Source: Callorhinchus milii
Lineage: Eukaryota
Reading direction: 5' to 3'
Assembly: GCF_018977255.1 (NCBI RefSeq)
Contig: NW_024704743.1
Location: forward strand, 124,001 to 188,000
Length of the DNA stretch: 64,000 nt
Shown here: positions 11,014-22,659 of the stretch, one piece after another
Numbering within the stretch: position 1 is the first letter of the stretch
How the letters are laid out: every line of letters starts with the position of its first letter
The notes under the pieces: generated by a model
Databases searched by the model: none
What the model was told of the DNA's origin: nothing
Seen by the model: only the letters and a program-made list of their open reading frames with translations
Made by a program: the position numbers and the translations under genes

Positions 11014-11214
11014 TTATTTTAAGGCGAGTAAAAAATGATTAACTTGCACAGGAACGAACTTGATGTTTCCACTATTATAAGTGCCAGTACACTGCTTTTA
11101 AACAATCTGGTCACTGACCCCATTAATCATCATATTAGCATTTATCTATTTAATAGTGGGACCATCAAGTTTGTGCTGTGCAAGTTCAATCATTTTCCGC
11201 TTACGTTAAGGTAA
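11014..11214. repeat. Imperfect inverted repeat, MITE-like
   Basis: 11032-11077 pairs with 11151-11196, with weaker pairing out to 11014/11214. Confidence 0.75.
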
Positions 11215-11587
11215 TAATCTGTGAAGCGTTTTGAGATGTCTAGAAGATGTGATAAGGCGCAATGTCAAGTGCAAGGATTTTTATTATTACTATCAATGTT
11301 TAAGAATGCTGCTTTGTATACTGGGAACCATCTACAAAATGCGCCATCATTACGTTTCACAGTAAAAGCTCTGAGGCATTTGGATGGTGTTTTTTGACAC
11401 AACTATGTGCCTAATTATCTCGTGAGCAGATGAGCCTGGTTTTGAGGGGGTGTAGTTTGCTTAGCACAGTTTTGCTCATTTCTGCAATGTGTTGGTTGGT
11501 CTTCGCAAAAGTTCACCCCATATCCTGCCGTTGTCATTGTAGGAATTCAGCGTTGACTTGCAGAACTAACTGCATTACTTTACTTGT

Positions 11588-11908
11588 GGAGTCCTGTAGT
11601 TCAGTGGTTAGAGCACTCGCTTTGCAAGTGAGAGACCTGAGTTCAATTCCAGGCAGAGGGTGAAACCTTGGGCAAGTTTCCTTACTCCACACAGAGCCTA
11701 ATAATAATCCTCCAAAACCAAAAACAATAATAAATTGGTCATTTTCAATCCACGACTGTTTGTGGGACATCGCTGTGCGCAATTGGCTGCCGCGTTCGCC
11801 CACAAATATACAGTCAATTCACTTTACAGTGTACTCTGTGAAGCGCTTTGGGACGTCCTCCCGACGTGAAAAGCGCTATATCAAATGCAAGGATTATTAT
11901 TATTATTA
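11588..11908 (+). mobile_element. SINE, short subfamily with L2-type tail loop
   Basis: Internal deletion and GGGACGTCCTCCCGACGTGAAAAGCGCT tail. Confidence 0.9.
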
Positions 11909-12042
11909 CTGAAGCAAAGTTTTTGCAAATTGATTGTAAATTAGAGGATCGAGATTGAACTGCATCAACCAGTCACTTAACCTTGTTTGGCTGTGAGTTC
12001 AACCCCCCGCCCCATGTTGTGTCTCGAGCTCACAGTCTTGGC

Positions 12043-12216
12043 CAGGGTTGGTCCAACTGGTGGCCCACGGGCCGCATCCGGCCCACCCGCTCCCTCCATT
12101 ACCTATAAATGTTGTTATGTTATGTTTCTGGAAGGGAAAACAGAAAGACGTTGGTTACGCGGCCCACGGATGTTCCTCAAATAAGCCTCAGCAACCAAAA
12201 AGGTTGGACCTTGCCG
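12043..12216. mobile_element. hAT (Charlie-like) MITE; related fragment at about 3939-4000
   Basis: GGTCCAAC...GTTGGACC terminal inverted core, GGCCCACGGGCCGCATCCGGCCC subterminal motif, flanks GTCTTGGC and GTCTAAGC (6/8) as a possible 8-bp TSD. Confidence 0.65.
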
Positions 12217-12524
12217 GTCTAAGCTGAGGGGAAAACTGAAACAACAACCTGCATTTATATAGTACTCTCTAACGTAGCAGAGCAAGTGCTACATGAGTGA
12301 GAGGTGTGAGGAGGGTGTGAACGCAAACACAGTTGAAGTCGGGGCGAATTTTGAAGATTGTTTGCGGAAGGCCCGAGGCAAACAAGTTCCAGAGGGCGAG
12401 CTCGCGGCGGTTGAAGGCTCGGCTACCGATGGTTGGGTTGAGGGGAGCAGGGAACGTACAGCAGGCCAGAGTTTGCTGAGCAGAGGCTGTGAGCAGAAGG
12501 GTGAGCGGAGCTTATCACAGAATC

Positions 12525-12850
12525 GTAATAATCCTTGCATTTGCCTTATCGCTTTGTTGAGACGTCTCAAGAGCTTCCCGGGATACACCGTAAAGTGAAT
12601 TGACTGTGTATTTTATGGGTGAAGCGTGGCCGGCAGTTTGCGCAAAACAGCGGCCCACAAACCGTCGTGGATTTCACTACCAAATTATTATTGATTTAGT
12701 TTGAGGGATTATTACCCCCAGAAGGTGATCTGCCAGTCATCTAATCAACCAGGTTCCTACTCACGTAAACCGAGGCGTGTGGAGTAAGCAAACTTGCCGT
12801 AGGTTTCATCCCAATCAAGCCCGGGTCTTCTCACTTGTGAGGGCTCAATG
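12525..12850 (-). mobile_element. tRNA-derived SINE
   Basis: Matches the in-window consensus. Confidence 0.8.
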
Positions 12851-13289
12851 GCTTAAATCACTTTAAAGATCCATCGCCATCCCTTAAATTGGCTGTTTGC
12901 ATCAATCGATTAATTTTGAAGTCATGTTGTGGTTACACCAAGTGAATAAAATGTAATTTTGGTCAGCTGAGAGAAATGATGGGGCAAAGGTTGAGGTCGT
13001 TTATGTTGCTGACTAGGGGGAATGTTTGAGCAGAACTATTTGCAAAGCGAGGTGTATTTTGTCACTTAATTTCCCCCCCCCCCCCCCCCCAGTGAAAGCG
13101 TGAGTCAAATGTGTGTTGAGATGTGAAAAGACAGAGCCTGTGTGAGGGGGCTGTTGGAGATAGCTGGAATATAAATAGACAGTTACGGAGACAGACTGTG
13201 TGACTAAATTTCAGAGCGGGAACTCGTAAAGGGAAGGAAACGTGGACAAAGTTGTAACAGACTTGCTGACGTATTTTGACGCCGTAGTA

Positions 13290-13705
13290 AATAATAATCC
13301 TTGCATTTGATATAGCGCCGTATCATATCTTCGAGACATCAAAGTGCTTTACAGAATATACTGTAAAGTGAATCGACTGTATATTTTGTGGGCAAAATGC
13401 GGCAGCCAATTGCACACAGCAGCGTCCCCACAAACAGTCGTGGATTGAGTGACTTATTATTTTTATTTGTTTGAAGGGATTATTGCTCTCTGGGGCAATA
13501 ATCAATATTTTATCATCGCATTATAATAATAAAGGAAAAGGGATAGGCTAATCGACTAATAATTAGGTTCATACTTACTGCTAGGTAAACAGAGGTGCGT
13601 GGAGTAAGGAAACTTGCCTAACATTTCGCCCGGCCCGGGATCAAACCCAGGTCCTCTCGCTTCGCTTGTGAGGGGAGCGCTCTAACCACTAAGCTACAGG
13701 ACTCC
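13290..13705 (-). mobile_element. tRNA-derived SINE, full length
   Basis: Matches the in-window consensus. Confidence 0.87.
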
Positions 13706-16700
13706 ATGCAAGATGCGCTCTAAACAGACACTGCCGGATACTGTGTGACTGGACTGTAGAGTAGGAACTTGTGAAGTAAGGCAATCGTGGACAAAGTCCC
13801 AACGTACTTGCTGACGTATTTTGACACTCAAGTTGATTGGGGAGTAATAATCCCTCCGAAAAAAAGGTCAGCTTGTTTCTCGCTGTCTCCGATGACAACC
13901 ACTTTATGCAAGACCTTCCTCTTCGACCGCGCCTTCGATCATCTTCCCACCACCACCACCACCACCCTTCCTCAACATGAAAAGCGCTGTATAAAGGCAA
14001 TCTGTTGTTACGTAGCATCATGATTGCCAGCTGAGCTTCGGCCGATATACCCCACACTCTGGCATTCTCTTCCCAGATCCCTTCACCATGTACCCTCAAA
14101 AGCTTCTTAAAAACATACCTCATTGATTATTCATCTAGTCAACATCTTAAATTCCTCCTCTCTGCTCTCTATTATCTCTGTGCAGCACTTCAATTTGTCC
14201 ATCCTATGTGAAAGTGCTATATAAGTGCAAGTTATGCTTGGCTCTTTTTCACGTAGATCATTGTAAATATAGATTCACCTTACCCCTGGCCTGCCACAGG
14301 AACTAGCCTTTACTTATCACTGGAAAATAAATTACTCTGTCTTGATAAGTTAGCTTTTTGGATTTGGTACAAAAAAAATCTATATTTATGGCTCATATCC
14401 CACAGCTCATGGCCATCCCCTTGACCTGGTTGTCGCCCATAGACTCTCCATGTCGTATCAACGTCACTGACAAAACCATGTGGAGTGGAGCGGTTAGTGC
14501 CTTGCAAGCGAGAGGACCCAGGTTCGATTTCCAGGCAGAATGAAACCCTAGGCAAGTTTCCTTACTTCGCACACCTCTGTTATATAATAACGAGTGATTG
14601 TTGTTCATCCTTCAGTAAGTAGGAACCTGGTTATTAATCGATTGGCGGATTGCTTTCTGGGGAGTAATAATCCCTCAAAAAAGCAGTTTGTGCTGAGGAA
14701 ACCTGGTACACACCATTGAAATCGGACCTTGAGAAAGTCAAGGTGGCTGGCATGCAACAAGCTGTCCTGTAAAGGTCCTTCCATCATACTGAAAGCAGAT
14801 GTCCATCAGACAGCTGGTGAGGAAACTGGTCAAGTATTTCAGAGAGAAAAATATGAAAGGGCAGGGGCAAAGAAAGCTGTTGCAGACACGGTAGTATAAA
14901 TATAGCGAGGGATTATTACGCCCGGAAAGTGATCCGCCAATTGACTAACAACCGGGTTCCTACTTACTGCTAGGTAAACAGAGGCGTGTGGAGTAAGGAA
15001 ACCAATGCCCAATGTTCGCCCTGCCCGGGAATCGCTTGCGAGGCGAGTGTTCTAACCACTAAGCTACAGGAATCAACAGGATGGAGAGAAGACTAGCTAA
15101 GAGCAGAGAGATAATTCGGAAAGGAAAAACAACGGTGGGCGGAATGTAAAATTCTAGGATGCTTCCAAGAATATCCGTGCCTGTTTGCAGTTTGCCCTGA
15201 AGCATAAAAGCAGTAAGTACCAAATACTGTAATGGATATTTCCCTAGGGAATAATGCATGTTACGTAGTCCCACAGCATAAAGGGTATTCCATTTGCCAC
15301 CCTCCAGTTCAGCCGGGCGGGGCGAAACCTTAGGCAAGTTTCCTTACTCCATACGCCTCTGTTTGCATAGTGGTAAGTAGGAACCTGGTCATAAGGACTA
15401 AAGGGAGCTCTAATGGAATCATTCTGTGAAGCGCTTCGGGACGTCCTCCCGACGTGAAAAGCGCTATATCAAATGCAAGGATTATTATTATTATTAATAG
15501 GCAAGTTGTGATGTCTTTCATTGCGTTAGTCACTCAATTCAATTATTGTAAGCTATTTTTCTAATCCTCCCCCCCGCCCACCCCCCGCCCACCAAACACA
15601 TTTTTATTTCGGGTGCGTGATGTAACTGCAGATTTACCATTCCCGTTAGGCATGCAGTATCTCTTCGTGTTTAGAAATGTGAATGATTGCAAATGGGTCC
15701 AGCCCTCGAAATGCCAGTGTAATTTCTTGCACTATTTCTCTGCCTCACTCCAAAATAAGTGGAGACCCATATAGCGTAGCGGTTAGCGCACTTGCCTCGC
15801 AAGCGAGAGGACCCGCGTTCGATTCCCAGGTGGGGCCACACCTTAGGCAAGTTTCGTAGGGGGTGCTGACTGGGCGATCACAGGATACTCAGACCAGAGG
15901 AACAACAACAAGATTACATTTGTATAGCGCCTTTCACGTCAGGCGCTGGACAGTGTACAGCATTTCAGACCTGAGCTGGGGTCAGGGTGGGGGGTGACCG
16001 ATGGCATGATCGAAGAGAAGAAGAAGAAGAAGAAGAGGAGGAGGAAGCTGGCAGCTCAGAAACATTGTGAGTAAATGGACAGGAGAGCAAGGCAAGTCAT
16101 GTACTGAAAGGAACTGAAGCATCTGGGTTTCAGTTCTTTCTTTCCACCCACTCCCTCAAGGAAGAATGAGATCCCTACAACATCAATGCTTTCCCAGTAC
16201 CTTGCGCAGCGTGAGAGAGAGGTGGGGCAAGAGAGAGAGGGGGGGGCATGGGAGAGAACGAGAGTGCGAATGAGAGAGTGAAAGAGGGTGAGCGGGAATG
16301 AGAATACCACTTCATTTTTGGCCTTAGAATTTTCAATAATATCTCACGTTGTAGTTGAATATCTTTGATCCTTGATAAATCAATCTCAAGTCTCTTTTTA
16401 TCACTAGTTTAGTGATTTAGGAATACCGAGCTGGCTAATAATAATAATAATAATCCTTGCATCTGACATAGCGCTTTTCACATCTTCGAGACGTCTCAAA
16501 GCGCTTCACAGAATATGCTGTAAAGTGAATTGACTGTATATTTGTGGGCGAAACGCGGCGGCCTATTGCGCACAGCAGCGTCCCCACAAACAGCCGTGGA
16601 TTGAAAATGACCAATTTATTATTGTTTTTGGTTAACTGTTGTGCCTTTACACACTGTACCTGTTTCTTGCGCCTGTCTCCGTAGAGTTGATGCTCTATAA

Positions 16701-17391
16701 AAAGTAATGTGCCAGTACTCTGTGGAATATGTCCCACCCACAATGCTACTCTTTATTTACGTGTTCACATGGCTGGGAAGAGAGAGAGAGATGTAGAGAG
16801 CGAAGGATTTTGTTTGAAAGAAACAGCTTGCATCTCAGATTGGCTTGCAGAGGCAAGCAGCTGTTGATTAAACTCCGCACCTCCAACTGGTCCTGTAACT
16901 TATCGGTTAGAGCGATTGACTTGCCAGCGAGAGGACCCAGGTTCGATTCCTGGGCAGGGCAACACCTTAGGAAAGTTTCCTCGTTTCCCACGCCTCTGGG
17001 TACCTAGCAGTAAGTAGAAACCCAGTGGTTATTCGATTGGCCTTCGCAATGATAATCCTTGGGATTTGATGTAGCACTTTAACACGACATTGACACGACA
17101 TGTCTCAAAACGCTTCACAGAATATACGGGGAAGTGAATCGGCTGAGGGTTAAACTTACAATGCAGTGCTTTCTACCTCCCTCCATTCTCATCCCACTCC
17201 CTGTATGCCAGCACTACACTGGAACATCAGGCTGGACTGCGAGCTCAACGGTCCACAGCCTTTTGACCCAAATGTCCAAATTCTCGGATTATTACCGATG
17301 AGTCGAGAGCATTAACGGCTGAGCCAGGCCGACACTGGGTCACCTTTTTCACCTTGAAAGTTATTTTGAAAAGGGAAAGCTAAATATTAAA

Positions 17392-17608
17392 TAAAAGCAG
17401 AAGTCACTGGGAACACTCAGCAGGTCAGGGAGCAGCGAGGGAGAGAGGAAAGTGAGTTAACATTTCAGATCGATGACCTTTCGGGGACTGCTTGAAGGGA
17501 GCAGTTTATAAAGACAAACGGAGAAGGGGGCAAGGAGAGAAAGACAAAGGAAATAATTAGGTGGAGGACTGGAGATGATGAGATCAGAGGTGTTGATGGT
17601 GCAAGGCT
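17392..17608 (-). mobile_element. Penelope-like pLTR remnant (second copy 39402-39492)
   Basis: CTGGGAACACTCAGCAGGTCAG...GAGTTAACATTTCAG.T.GATGACCTTTC occurs twice; resembles recalled chondrichthyan Penelope ends. Confidence 0.6.
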
Positions 17609-17911
17609 ATATTAAACCTAAATATTAATTTGAGTTGGTCAACCCAAATGAATTGGTGTGTTGATTTAATCCCGTGGCTCTACCTCCCACCCCACTGTCC
17701 CCGTCTGGCCTTTGTAGCTAGCAAATGAAACATGAACCTTGAATCATTAAACAGTGCATACTCCGCTCTCGTGCTCACGGTTTGGATCATTGCCTGTGGA
17801 ATGATCTAGGCGGTATGGGAACTCTGCCTGGTCCAACACTGCCTGACTTATACCTGAGCCAGGCACTGAAAGACAATTAAACCTCTTGAGGGCAATGGGT
17901 TGGTTGCAAGA

Positions 17912-18258
17912 ATTATTATTATTATTATCATTGCATTTGATATAGCGCCTTATCACGTCTTCGAGACGTCTCAAAGCGCTTCACAGTGTATACTGCCTTT
18001 TGTGGGCAAAACGCGGCAGCCAATTACGCGTAGCAGTGTCCCACAAACAATCGTGGATCGAGTGACCAAATTATTATGATTATTTGGGATGGATTATTAC
18101 ACCTGGAAAGCTATCCGCCAATCGACTAGCAACCGGTAAACAGAGGTGTGTGGAGTGAAGAAACTTGCCTGAAGTTTTACCCCATCCAGTAATTATTATA
18201 GAACCTGGGCCCTCTCGCATATGAGGGGAGTGCTCTAACCACTGAGCCGCAGGACTCC
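17912..18258 (-). mobile_element. tRNA-derived SINE, full length
   Basis: Matches the in-window consensus. Confidence 0.87.
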
Positions 18259-18799
18259 CAAGAAACTGCTTTGCTGGTTCACTGGATTAAGCGTACAGGG
18301 ATTGCAGGTTAATAATTCTGACCATGTACTGGTGTACTGATGATGAACTGGTTCTATTTGTTTTAACTTCTTCCTTGCTGTTTCTCCTCCACAACAACAG
18401 CAAGATTACATTTGTAGAGCGCCTTTCACGTTGGGAGGACATCCCAAGGCGCTGAAATTGGTATCTACAATCCCCTGCACTGATATACGGTACATGCTGT
18501 TTTGTTTTAAAGAATTATTGCCCCTGAAAAAAGCAATCCGACAATCCACTCACTTGCAACACCCACCCACCGTGTGCTTTGCTCACAATTCTGAGCAACA
18601 TTGTTTAGTGAGGACACGTTTGCCTGGCGCAAACATTGTGCAACATGGCAAAATACTTTTCTTTGAAAGAATAACTTGCATGTCTCCAAGCCCTTTACAG
18701 ATAACAATTGATGAAGGTAAATGTTTACAGACAAAACACAGCGGCCACTGTACCAGCAACAGTCCATACGTACATTTGAACGAGGAGGGGAATAGACAG

Positions 18800-19180
18800 C
18801 ACCACCAACAACAACACGTTACATTTGTGTAGCATGTCAGCAGGACGTCCCAAGGAGCTGGACAGTTGGGAGTAGAGGGTGGGGGTAGGAGGGTGTCTGA
18901 AGGTACGGTCGAAGAGGGGGGTCTTGAGACGGGTCTTGAAGGAGACCAGGGAGGCAACGAAGCAAAGGGACTGTGGGATGGAGTTCCAAAGGGTGGGGAT
19001 AGAGAGGCTGAATGCCCGACCGCCGATGGTGGGGTGAACAGGGCAGGGGACATGGAGCAGACCAGAGACTGCTGAGCGGAGGGAGCGGACGGGTTGATAT
19101 GGGGTTAGCGGGTTACAGAGGTAGGAAGGTGCAAGGCCGTGGAGGGCTTTGAAGACGAGGATATCCTCTGGGGGATGACC
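18800..19180 (-). mobile_element. L2 3' fragment
   Basis: [12 protein letters not shown]...GGRAFS...LWNSIP remnant. Confidence 0.87.
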
Positions 19181-21464
19181 ACCAGCAGAAAGACTTTGAA
19201 ATAGCATTAGCAGGTCAGTCTCTTTACCTCCACCGGAATTACAAGTTAGACTAAATTAATAATCTAAATAAAGGTTTGAAAAGAAAATGATGGGAGTTAG
19301 AGGTTTTATAAATAGGGTCGCGGAGATAATGCAAAACCTACAGATTGTTGTGTAGTTGTATTTCACAGTTGTCACCGTTGTATTTTATCCAGCTCTGGGC
19401 ACCCCAATTTCAAGAAAAATATCAAGGGCATGAAACGGGAAGGGAGACTATTTATTGTAATGACAGCAAGCGTGAGAATAATAATAATAATAGTAATCCT
19501 TGCATTTGATATAGCGCCTTATCACGTTTTCGAGACGTCTCAAAGCGCTTCACAGAATATACTATAAAGCGAATGTATATATTTTGTGGGAGAAACGCAG
19601 CAGCCAATTGCACACAGCAGTGTCCCACAAACAGTCGTAGGTTAAGTGACCAAATTCACTCTTCCTTTTTCCGGTAGTGTCACGGGATCTTTAATATCCA
19701 CCCGAACAGGCTTTAAGACGTCTTGAAGACATGACAAGGCGCTATATCAAATGCAAGGATTATAATTATTGTTATATGTTCTTTGTGAGGGGAAGTACAG
19801 TTCTAAAGATACTACGCTCCACTAAAGGTGCTCAGCTTTGCACCACACTTGCCTTCATTTTAAAATTCCTTCCAATTACAATCTGGGCAGGATCAAATGT
19901 CTTGACTTGTGCAGACTTGTTAAGAACCTTGTATCATTTCCTCCTTGATCGGGAAATGGCCAGACAGCAATATTGAATGTAAATCACCGTTGAATGTAAA
20001 TTTACTGTGGTGATTGGGGGCTCGCTGCAAGGAGGGGAGAATTGGCTGTGTAGGAGGTTAGGTGTCAGTCAGTGGTGCCCCTGCATTTGGGTCAGTAGGG
20101 TCCAGGTCCAGGTCAGTACTTGAGCTCACTAGATTGACATTTCAGTGCAGTAAAGAACGAGTGATGCATTTTTGGAGATGCCATCTTGCGATGAGGTATT
20201 AAACTGAGATCTTGTATGCCTGTACAATTGCATGACAGCGGTTAAGTGAAGGGACTATCCTCCTTGGGGGAAAATGGGTCTCATACTTGGCCACGTAATG
20301 TGCCAGTGTCTCTAGTCCGGTTCCTGAGCCAGATGGGTCCACAGTATTCCAGGGCACTGCTGGCGACAGCCAAGCCCCAGCCCGGCTCATCGGCACAACC
20401 TGGAAGAGCCGACCAGTCAGGGAATCCTCCCCCTCAGCTCCTGGTAACCTTGCAAGGCAAAGCCCGAAAGGGTAGGGTGGTGGGAGCAGGACAAGCAGTG
20501 GGAAATCTTGCCGGACGGTGCTCTGAATGGCAAGCTATGTGGTTTTAGCTAGCCAGACTCCGGCAGCGGGATGTATGCAATTCTCAGTGTGGTTTGAATA
20601 CTCCGAAGCGTGGCGATGGGTTTCCGCTTGTGTCAGACACCGTCTGACCGCCTCCAAAAAATTGGAAGGGAATTTTTCCCCCCGTGTCTCGACCAGCAGT
20701 CCTCCAGAGGGCCTTACTGAGGATGTACAGGGTGACGAAAAATATTTTTTTTCATTTGATTAGACCCGAATAGACTTCTTAAATAGCCCTAGTTACATTT
20801 ACAGAAATATAATCAAAAATAATAATAATCCTTGCATTTGATATAGCGCCTGATCATGTCTTTGAGAAGTCTCAAAGCGCTTCACAGTACACACTGTAAA
20901 GGGAATTGACTGTATGTTTGTTGGGTGAAGCGCGGCAGCCAATGCGGACAGCAGTGTCCCGCAAGCAGTCGTGGATTGAGTGACCAAATTATCATTATTT
21001 TCTTCTTTTTTTCGAAGGGATTATTACCCCGTAATAATATCACATGGTCATGGGGTTGGTGAGAGAGGGATTAATTCTTACACCAAGGCCAACAAGTAAC
21101 ATATGAGTCATGGTCTAATCTATTTAGTCAAAATATTTAATCTCATTCATCATAATTTCAGTGACCTAGCAGTTACAACCAGCACAACATGTCCTTTCAC
21201 GGTTCTCAGACTGTCCATAAATAAAAGATTTAGTTGCACTCCACTGGTTGTACTGCTGCAGTCCTATAGCTGGGGGGTTACAGCACTCGCAAGCTATACT
21301 TATTACACTCCAGTTAAACTCCACAAGCAAAGGACATTTATTGTTCAGTGATCCTTAATTTTGTGGGATATAGGGGTATAAAGCACTTTACATAATAATC
21401 AGTCACTGGTGCGAGCATTGGTAGGACTGGAATGTCAATTCTCTTAACAGACCTTAGAAATTCC

Positions 21465-21813
21465 TTATTTATTCATTTCTCTTTGCAGTTCCAAACCAGG
21501 TATTTTACTGAGTCTCGAATGTATCATATCCCTTCATCATGTAATGTTCAAGCCAGGCCTTTTCGTACTTTTTGGCTGATTCTAAGTGTCTTTCTGCGAG
21601 ATAGAGTTCCAAACGGACACCCTGGACGTTTATGCTTCGGATGTCCCCAGCGTTTTGACCATGGTTTAGTTTTCATTTTTACTTTCAGTGCATTGATTGG
21701 GACCTCATCACCAATCGGAAGAGGTATTGTCTTCATGTCAGAGTGCTGTATTCTGGCAGAGCATCGCACAAATACACTAAGTTATCATCCAGCCTCTTTT
21801 CTAGCTTAAGCAC
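21465..21813 (-). pseudogene. MRPL19: Processed pseudogene fragment of mitochondrial ribosomal protein L19 (C-terminal part)
   Basis: [24 protein letters not shown] / [34 protein letters not shown] / NVQGVRLELYL...AWLEHYMMKGYDT; three frameshifts, an in-frame stop, no intron. Confidence 0.9.
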
Positions 21814-22117
21814 CGAGAGGATCTGGGTTTGATTCCCAGCTGGGCAAAACATTAGGCACGTTTCCTTACTCCACACACCTCTGTTTTCCTAACAGTAAGT
21901 AGGAACCCGGTTGTTAGTCAATTGGAGGATTGCTTTTCCAGGGGTAATAATCCCTTCCAAATTACATAATTTTGTGGGACGCTGCTCTGCGCAATTGGCT
22001 GCCGCGTTTTGCCCACAAAGTACAGTCAATTTACTTTATAGTATATTCTGTGAAGCGCTTTGAAATGTCTCAAAGATGTGATAAGGCGTCCATCAAATGC
22101 AAGGATTATTATTATAA
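21814..22117 (+). mobile_element. tRNA-derived SINE, 5'-truncated, abutting the MRPL19 retrocopy
   Basis: Starts mid-head (CGAGAGG...GGTTTGATTCCC) and ends in (ATT)n. Confidence 0.87.
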
Positions 22118-22312
22118 GGATGTTCAATGATTTTTCTTGTTACTAGAAACATTGGAGTAGTGTTTTGACAACACTGTGAATCAATACTGTAACCCTGGAT
22201 TAACATTTACGGTTTTTTTTGTTTAAATAGGAACGGCCTTGTTCCTGGCTAGAAAGGGAAATAGTTAACCATGCGTTCGCCGCTTCTAGTTGGTGAAGCT
22301 GTGACAGCATTT

Positions 22313-22659
22313 ATAATAATATGATAATCCTTGCATTAGATATGGCGCCTTATCACGTCGTTGAGACGTTTCAAAGCGCTTCACAGAACATACTGTAAAG
22401 TGAATTGACTGTATATTTTATGGGTGAAACACGGCAGCCAATTGCGAACAGCAGTGTCCCACAAATAGTCGTGGATTGACCACACATTTATTTTAGGGGA
22501 TTATTACCCCCAGAAAGAAAGCGATCCGTCAATTGATTTAACCGGGTTCCTATTCACTACTGGGTAAACAGGCACGTGGAGTAAGGAAATTTGCATAAAG
22601 TTTTACCCCACCTGGGAATCGAACCCAGGTCCTCTCTAACCGACACACTGCAGGACTCC
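22313..22659 (-). mobile_element. tRNA-derived SINE
   Basis: Matches the in-window consensus. Confidence 0.87.

Noticed and set aside
11884..11890. miR-33 7mer-A1 (AATGCAA) in SINE tails
   Set aside because: Part of the repeat consensus and nearly all intronic, so no sign of targeting
18335..18400. C/D box snoRNA (TGATGA)
   Set aside because: The duplicate copy reads CGATGA, and no matching D box or terminal stem was found
22118..22312. Upstream continuation of the MRPL19 retrocopy beyond the SINE
   Set aside because: Only a faint RKIIE resemblance; no convincing alignment by eye
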